22,194 bases of DNA, from assembly GCA_965662845.1 (NCBI GenBank), contig CBFIJD010000036.1, positions 7,933 through 30,126 on the forward strand. The letters run 5' to 3'. The translations under genes were made by a program, and so were the position numbers. The DNA comes from an uncultured bacterium (lineage in GTDB: Bacteria > SAR324 > NAC60-12). The notes beneath the pieces were generated by a model that saw nothing but the letters and a program-made list of their open reading frames with translations, ran no database searches and had not been told where the DNA came from. Numbering within the stretch: the stretch's first letter is position 1; the number at the start of each line of letters is the position of its first letter. Positions 16,102 to 22,194 of this stretch are shown piece after piece.

Positions 16102-19100
16102 TCACTCCAAGAGCTGACGCTGCCATCGCGCGCGCTGTCCTAAGAACTGCCGCAGAGTCTTGCTGAAAGAACCCCGCAAGCGGGCGTCATGTTGTTCGCG
16201 GAGCGCGGCGGTCCAACGCGCCAGCCAAGGCAGAGGATGCTCAGCTTGCAAGCGCTCCAGCGCGCTCACAATCTCTTCGGCTTGCGTGCGGTTGGGCAAG
16301 AAGTCGCGTTCTAGCGCGGGCTGCATGATCGCTTCCAGCTGTGTCAAGAGCGCGCGGATCTCATCGGCAGAGCGCTCAGAGTCTGCGTCCAGATCGGCAA
16401 ACGCGGGCTCAGCCGCCGAGCTTTCAGCGGGCACCTCTGGCGAAGGCGCTCCCAGTGCGGAACCAGAGAGCGGCAAGCTCACCGTGAACGTGCTCCCTTC
16501 TCCAAGGCGACTGTGGAGTTCAATCGTCCCCGCCATCAGCTCGACCAAGTTTTTGACGGTGGAGAGCCCCATGCCGGAGCCGCCATAGCGCAGAGGGTCT
16601 TGCTCGGTGGCTTGCACAAACGGCCGAAAAATCTGCTCTTGCTCTTCGGGTTTGATGCCAGTCCCAGTGTCGCTCACACGCAGCATCAGCTCTGGGAGCG
16701 AACCGTCTTCTGTGCGAGTGACCAGCCTCGCCTCTGCCGACACAGCCCCCGCCTCTGTGAACTTGATCGCGTTGCCGGTGAGGTTCATCAAAATCTGAAA
16801 GACGCGCATCGGGTCGAGCACCACGGTTTGATCTGGGAAGGTCAGCTGGAATTCGAGCCCCTTCTCTTCCACTTGCGGAGACAGCAACGCCTCGAGCTGC
16901 TCTTGCAAGCGGTACAGCGAGAACGGCTTGGGATATAGCTGGACGCTGCCGTGCTCGAACTGCGCGTAGTTCAGGACGTCGTTGATGAGCGTGAGCATCT
17001 CCTCGCCGATGTTGTTCGCCCGCAGCGCCAGCACTCGCGACGGGTGATCGCTGGGGAAGCTCTGCGCCAGCGCGCGCGTGAAGTGCAACAAGGAGTTCAG
17101 CGGGGTGCGCAGCTCGTGAGTCGCGCCGGCCAGAAAGCGCGTCTTGGCGCGGTCAGCTTCTTGCGCTTGCGCCAGCGCCGCTTGCAGCTTCGCTTCGGCG
17201 AGCTTTTCTGGCGTGACGTCTCGAAACGCCCCCACAAACTGCGCGGAGCCTTCTGACCATTGGGCTGCGTCTTCGCTGCGATTGTAACGGCCCTGCAGCT
17301 CAATCCAACGCGGCGCCGCATCGAGCGTTTGCCAGCGAATGAGCCGCACCACGATGCTGTCTTCAGGCTCCAAGGCGTGCAAGTCGGCGGCGAGACTCTC
17401 GCGTTCGGTCGGGTCCACGCGCTCCAGCCACTCCTGCAAAGAGACCGTGCGACGCAGCTGCAGCATCATCATCGCGCGCTCATCCAAGGTGAACTCTTGG
17501 GCAACAGGGTCATACTCCCAAATGCCGAGTCCAGCGGCTTCGGTAGCGAGCTGCATTCTGAGCCGAGACCGCAGCGCGGCTTGTTCCGCGAGGCGAAACG
17601 CCGTCACATCCTGCTCCACGACCAACGCGCGATAGTGCTCCGTGTGAAACACTCCCCGCGCGCTGATGTAGCGTTTTTCTGTTTGCGTCGTGAACTCAAT
17701 CTCCAGCGGCAACAACGGCTCTTGGCTCGCAAGGGCCTGCAGGAACATGCGCTGGACGCGCGGGCGATCGGCGTCACTCACATAGCGGTCAAACCAATCT
17801 TGCAACAAGACCTGGGTGTCCACCTGAAACAAGGGATGCCGCCGCCCTAAGATTTCGGGTCGCAGCCTCAGCGGCTCAGAGTTTGGGACGACCGACCACG
17901 TCATGAGCTTGGCGATCGCAGCCTGTTTTTGAGCGATGGTGTTAGTGAGGCGTAAGCGCGTCTCGCGGCTTTGCACATGGTCGATGTCCTGCAGCGCGAT
18001 CAGCAAATGGGGCTGAGCCGAGGTCTCTGTGCGCACAAAGACTCCGACCTCTTCCATCCAGAAATATCGATCCCCGCCGCTGCGCAGGTCCGCTTGCCGA
18101 TAGATGACTCGGTAGTCTTCTTGTTTGCGCAAGGCCTGGCGCAGCACGTCCAGCACAACCTCACGGTCGTCGGGATGCAGCAGCAGCGTGCGCCCCACGG
18201 GCCAGAAGTCGTGTGGGAGCGCGTCAGCGCTGGGGGCGAGGCGCATCACAGCCGTCCACTCTTGGTCGAGCCAGTTCAACTTCTGGGTCTGGGTGTCGTA
18301 GTGCGCGATGGTCACGCGCAGCGCCCGAGCGATGTGTTGGTGCCACCGCAAGGCCGTCTCTCGCGCGAGCTGCTGGAGGCGCTCGGCTTCGGCTTGCTTC
18401 CGCTTGGTGATGTCAAAATGAATCGACAGAAAACGCTCTAAACGCCCTTGATCGTCTTTCAGCGGCACAATCGTCATGTCTGCCCAATAGAAGCCGCCGG
18501 TCTTGGTGCGGTTGCAGATCTCGCCAGACCACGTCTCGCCACGCTGAACCGTTTTCCACAGCTCTGCATAGAACGCCGCGCTGTGCTGCCCCGACTTGAG
18601 AAGGCGATGATTCTGCCCCAGCAGCTCCTCGCGGGAATAGCCTGAGATTTCGCAGAAGGTGTCATTCACATACGTAATGTTGCCGCGCCGATCGGTGATC
18701 GCGACGATGGCGCTTTGGTCGAGGGCATATTGATAGGCGCGCAACAGCGACGTGGCGCTGCGCTGCGCGGCGACGTTGTGAAAGAACAGCGCCAGCTCGG
18801 TGCGAGCGGGTTGGTGCGTCAGGCGGGCGCGGACCTCGAACCACTGCCAGTCCCCGTCGCTGTTGGGCAAGCGCAGCTCCATGTGCACATCGGAGTCTCC
18901 CACCTGAGTGAGCAGATCGCAGAAGGCGCCGTAGTCGTCAGGGTGCAGCTGGTGGATGACCTCGCGTAGCGAAGCCCAGCCTTGCGCCACGTCCACTCGA
19001 TGGCGCGCAAAGAAGACTTCGTCGTGTGCCTCAAGCGTTTTGCGGTCCCAGTCAAAGACCGCTAAGCCGATGTCGCCGATGCGCATGGCGAGGTCGAGCC

Positions 19101-19287
19101 GTTTGAGCAGCTGCTGGTTGTGCTCGGTCTGCTGGGTCAAGGTGTGGCGCTCTTGCTGCCACCGAGCTTGCAGCGCGTTGACCTGCGCAATGAGCGGATC
19201 GTGCTCCGGGTTGGGAAGTGGGGCGTGATCGCTGGCAGGTTCGGCGCTGAGACGCTTCAGGTGCTGGAGCAAGTGGGGATGCGACAT
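16102..19287 (-). CDS. Soluble multi-PAS sensor histidine kinase (BarA/RcsC-type core, no receiver)
   Basis: About five PAS/PAC repeats, H-box FLAGATHELRTPLN, N-box QILMNLTGNAIKFT, DTGTGI, IFRPFVQ, YGGSGMGLS; helical C-terminal tail; no TM segments. Confidence 0.93.
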   Translation of the reverse strand: MSHPHLLQHLKRLSAEPASDHAPLPNPEHDPLIAQVNALQARWQQERHTLTQQTEHNQQLLKRLDLAMRIGDIGLAVFDWDRKTLEAHDEVFFARHRVDVAQGWASLREVIHQLHPDDYGAFCDLLTQVGDSDVHMELRLPNSDGDWQWFEVRARLTHQPARTELALFFHNVAAQRSATSLLRAYQYALDQSAIVAITDRRGNITYVNDTFCEISGYSREELLGQNHRLLKSGQHSAAFYAELWKTVQRGETWSGEICNRTKTGGFYWADMTIVPLKDDQGRLERFLSIHFDITKRKQAEAERLQQLARETALRWHQHIARALRVTIAHYDTQTQKLNWLDQEWTAVMRLAPSADALPHDFWPVGRTLLLHPDDREVVLDVLRQALRKQEDYRVIYRQADLRSGGDRYFWMEEVGVFVRTETSAQPHLLIALQDIDHVQSRETRLRLTNTIAQKQAAIAKLMTWSVVPNSEPLRLRPEILGRRHPLFQVDTQVLLQDWFDRYVSDADRPRVQRMFLQALASQEPLLPLEIEFTTQTEKRYISARGVFHTEHYRALVVEQDVTAFRLAEQAALRSRLRMQLATEAAGLGIWEYDPVAQEFTLDERAMMMLQLRRTVSLQEWLERVDPTERESLAADLHALEPEDSIVVRLIRWQTLDAAPRWIELQGRYNRSEDAAQWSEGSAQFVGAFRDVTPEKLAEAKLQAALAQAQEADRAKTRFLAGATHELRTPLNSLLHFTRALAQSFPSDHPSRVLALRANNIGEEMLTLINDVLNYAQFEHGSVQLYPKPFSLYRLQEQLEALLSPQVEEKGLEFQLTFPDQTVVLDPMRVFQILMNLTGNAIKFTEAGAVSAEARLVTRTEDGSLPELMLRVSDTGTGIKPEEQEQIFRPFVQATEQDPLRYGGSGMGLSTVKNLVELMAGTIELHSRLGEGSTFTVSLPLSGSALGAPSPEVPAESSAAEPAFADLDADSERSADEIRALLTQLEAIMQPALERDFLPNRTQAEEIVSALERLQAEHPLPWLARWTAALREQHDARLRGSFSKTLRQFLGQRARWQRQLLE

Positions 19288-19649
19288 GAACTCTGCTCGA
19301 TGAGGAGATGACGTTGGCGGGGTGATGTTGCGCGTGTCTATCTCAAGGTTACTTCAAAGTTACAAGCAGCGAAAGCGTTCGCGGCCATACGTCTTCCTCC
19401 AGCGGAAGAAAGAGAGAGCGCCGGGCACGGATCTCTTGTCAGAAATCTATATTTTCTTATGCAACAGGTTTGTATCTTTGGATACTTGAGAGTTGCGATT
19501 TTTTTCAAATAGCTTAACACTTCTATCGCACTTGTTTGTGTGCTGTCTCTCTCTTTTTGGGGATTCCTGTTGTTGCATCGGCGTCAGAGTTGCACCTAAG
19601 CTCAAGAACCAAGAGCCCCCTCCATCTTACCCCAGAAATTTTGTTGGAT

Positions 19650-22076
19650 ATGTCGGATTCTAGCCAACCCAAAGCTTACGTCATCCCGCCTTTGTTGGCC
19701 GATGAAGACGAGCGTCTGCGCGCCCTGCGTGGGTATGACATTTTAGACACGGCGCCTGAAGAGAGCTTCGACCACATTACGCGCCTGACGGCGCAGCTGC
19801 TGGGTTGCCAGATGGCGCTGGTGTCGCTGGTGGATGACAAGCGCCAGTGGTTCAAGTCGCGTTGGAACCTAGCGGCCACCGAGACCACGCGGGATGTTTC
19901 TTTTTGTGGCCACGCCTTGCCCAGTGAGGATGGCCTACTCATCATCCCAGACGCCCGCAAGGATCTGCGCTTCGCGGGGAATCCGCTGGTGACGGGAGAG
20001 CCGTACATACGCTTCTATGCTGGCGCTGTGCTGCGCTCTGCGGAGGGGCAGCCGCTGGGGACACTCTGCCTGCTCGATCCAGAGGTTCGTCAGGGGCTGA
20101 GCCAAGAGCATCAGCAGCTGTTGCAGAGCATGGCGCGCCAAGTCGAGGCTTTGTTAGAGCTGCGCCGCGCTTTGGTTCAGGCGTCGGATGAGCGCGCTCG
20201 ACATGAAAACACGCTGACGCTGACCTACACCGGACACTGGTCATGGGACATCGTGAGCGACCAAGCCACTTGGGATCAGCGCACGTATGAGATTCTGGGG
20301 CTGCCAGAGGGCTCCCCGATTCACCGTGAAACCTTCTTGCAGTGCGTCGCTCCAGAGGATCGCTCGTGGGTCCGCGTCAAGCTAGATTCGCTGTTTGAGA
20401 CCAATGCGACCTTTCACGAGCGCTATCGGGTGTTGCACCCCGACGGACGCCGCCGTTGGGTGCGCTCGATTGGCCAGCTGCGGCGTGACGCGCAAGGCCG
20501 CGCTTTGGAGCTCTATGGCGCCGTTGGAAACATCGACGCCGAGGTGCGCGATGAGCAAGAGCGCCAGCAGCTCTTAGAAGAGCTTCAGCTCACGATGCAG
20601 ACGGTGGGCTTGGGCCTGGTTCGGATGAACCCAGAAGACCTGAGCTTCAGGGCCGATCCGCGCAGTGAAGAGCTGTTGGGGACAAATAACCTCGCGTTCT
20701 CGTTGCAGTTCACACAGATCATCAACCAGTTTGTGCTCCCTGAAGATCAAGACCAGGCCCGCTCAGCGCTCGCGATGGCGATGGTCGGCGAAGAGTCGGA
20801 AGTCGCCGTGCGCGTCAAGACCGCTGGCCCGCACGAGAAGTGGCTGCATTGGAAGTTAGGGCGCTTTCGCCGTGAGAACCGCAAAGAGGTCTTCATCGCG
20901 ATGCATGACATCACTCGTCGCAAGACCGCAGAGCTGGAGCAAGCCAAGCTGCTGCAAGAGTTGCTGCGCGAGAGAACGCTGAACACGCAAGTGCGACAGC
21001 TGGTGCAGATGGTCAACTGGAGCTGGGAGATCGAAGACGATGTGCTCGAAATGGGAGACGAGCTGGAGAGCTTGTTTGGCGTCAACCCGCGGCGCCTCAC
21101 CACGGTTGAGCATTACATGGGACTTGTACACCCAGAGGATCTCGCGTCCTTTCGCTCACACATTCAGAGAGCGCTGGACACGGGTGAGACGTATCAAACC
21201 GAGCACCGCATCCGCTCCGGCGACCAAGATTGGTGGGTCAAAGCGGTCGGGACGGTGGAGTTCAACGAGGCGGGCAAGGCGGCTCGCTTGTATGGTGCTC
21301 TCACGGACATCACCGCCGTCAAAGAAGCCGAGACCGTGCGCTTCAAGCAGCTAGAGTGGGAAGAGACACAGAAGCGGGTGATGGGGCTGGGAACCCTCGC
21401 GGCGAATGTGGGACACGAGCTGCGCACGCCGCTGCAAGGCATTCAATCGCAGCTGGAGCTGCTGGAGCTGATGGTTGAGAACGGGCGCTACGAGCGTGTG
21501 ACAGGCTTCTCCGATAAGATCCGCTATCACCTCAAGCAGTCCGGACAGATCATGGACGGCATGCTGCGGTTGGCCAAAAAAGATTACTTTGGGCATGAGC
21601 GGACTGAGCGCGTGGAGGTCGACCTCACCAAGGTCGTGGACAGCATTTATCAGCTAGAGTCGTTCACTGCACGCGGCTGCGCGATTGAGTGGCAGGCTCA
21701 GCTCCCCGAAGAGCCGCTGTGGGTGCTGGGGGTGCAAGTGGACTTGGAGAAAGTGGTGAAGAATTTGCTGGACAACGCGCTGAAGAGCTTTGAGGGGATC
21801 GACCATCCGCGCGTCACCATCTCGTTGCGACAAGAGCGCGGGCAAGCCGTTTTGGTGGTTGCCGACAATGGGGTGGGAATGGACGAGGAAGTGTTGCAGC
21901 GCTGTTTAGACCCGTTCTTCACAACGCGCGAAGTCGGCGCGGGCACGGGCATGGGCCTCACCTTCTGCTACAACGTCGCAATGGATTTGGGAGGCGATTT
22001 GAAAGTGGAGAGCGCCACGGGCGCTGGAGCGAGCTTTCGGCTGTTTCTCCCCTTGGCAGCTGCTCCTGCCGCGTGA
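19650..22076 (+). CDS. Soluble GAF-PAS-PAS-PAS sensor histidine kinase
   Basis: GAF (ERLRALRGYDILDT, RQWFKS, SFCGHA, DLRFAGNPLV, IRFYAG), PAS_3 repeats, H-box NVGHELRTPL, NLLDNA, DNGVGM, PFFTTR, GTGMGL. ATG 19650 preferred over the ORF-track start at 19536. Confidence 0.93.
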   Translation: MSDSSQPKAYVIPPLLADEDERLRALRGYDILDTAPEESFDHITRLTAQLLGCQMALVSLVDDKRQWFKSRWNLAATETTRDVSFCGHALPSEDGLLIIPDARKDLRFAGNPLVTGEPYIRFYAGAVLRSAEGQPLGTLCLLDPEVRQGLSQEHQQLLQSMARQVEALLELRRALVQASDERARHENTLTLTYTGHWSWDIVSDQATWDQRTYEILGLPEGSPIHRETFLQCVAPEDRSWVRVKLDSLFETNATFHERYRVLHPDGRRRWVRSIGQLRRDAQGRALELYGAVGNIDAEVRDEQERQQLLEELQLTMQTVGLGLVRMNPEDLSFRADPRSEELLGTNNLAFSLQFTQIINQFVLPEDQDQARSALAMAMVGEESEVAVRVKTAGPHEKWLHWKLGRFRRENRKEVFIAMHDITRRKTAELEQAKLLQELLRERTLNTQVRQLVQMVNWSWEIEDDVLEMGDELESLFGVNPRRLTTVEHYMGLVHPEDLASFRSHIQRALDTGETYQTEHRIRSGDQDWWVKAVGTVEFNEAGKAARLYGALTDITAVKEAETVRFKQLEWEETQKRVMGLGTLAANVGHELRTPLQGIQSQLELLELMVENGRYERVTGFSDKIRYHLKQSGQIMDGMLRLAKKDYFGHERTERVEVDLTKVVDSIYQLESFTARGCAIEWQAQLPEEPLWVLGVQVDLEKVVKNLLDNALKSFEGIDHPRVTISLRQERGQAVLVVADNGVGMDEEVLQRCLDPFFTTREVGAGTGMGLTFCYNVAMDLGGDLKVESATGAGASFRLFLPLAAAPAA

Positions 22077-22122
22077 GCGCGCCGCTCGGTGGCTGCTCCG
22101 CCCAACGCTACTTTGCGTTCAA

Positions 22123-22194
22123 TTACATCCAAATCACTTCGATTTTCTTCCCGTCTTCTTCCAAGAGTTCTCGTTCGCCGACGGTCTCAATATC
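22123..22194 (-). CDS. 3' end of an unidentified minus-strand gene running off the window
   Basis: Open frame from the window end reads DIETVGERELLEEDGKKIEVIWM-stop (TAA at 22125-22123), convergent with the GAF kinase. Confidence 0.5.
   Translation of the reverse strand, partial: DIETVGERELLEEDGKKIEVIWM

Noticed and set aside
19536..19649. Apparent signal peptide on the GAF kinase (MCAVSLFLGIPVVASA)
   Set aside because: It depends on a non-ATG upstream start; the GAF/PAS/HK domains are cytoplasmic and ATG 19650 sits right before the GAF domain.

Overview
GC-rich bacterial chromosomal window; the bamD/cpoB lipoproteins indicate a diderm. Left half (1-11.8 kb) is mostly housekeeping: 3' end of a PAS protein, tsaB-tsaE, an ABC-ATPase-like ORF lacking all catalytic motifs, yqgE/algH, a tandem DciA(DUF721)-like protein, ppnN-chaC, a small protein with a 30-aa internal repeat, a pseudo-receiver/anti-sigma-type kinase fusion upstream of bamD-cpoB, a D,D-carboxypeptidase and hemF. 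Right half is a cluster of three soluble sensor histidine kinases. It is interrupted by a ~2.4 kb AT-rich type II restriction-modification cassette (TdeIII/HgiCII-like endonuclease plus C5 methyltransferase) flanked exactly by a perfect 26-bp direct repeat (13535-13560 and 15955-15980), with no integrase, transposase or controller gene. The cassette seems to have inserted with a long target duplication into, and captured, the promoter of the downstream kinase gene. This is the best-supported unusual feature. Other candidates: a possible non-contiguous operon (yqgE -> antisense dead ABC gene -> tsaEB), the two-domain DciA, and several degenerate signalling domains. All family calls come from recalled motifs, not database searches. 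I cannot show that any system here is truly undescribed.
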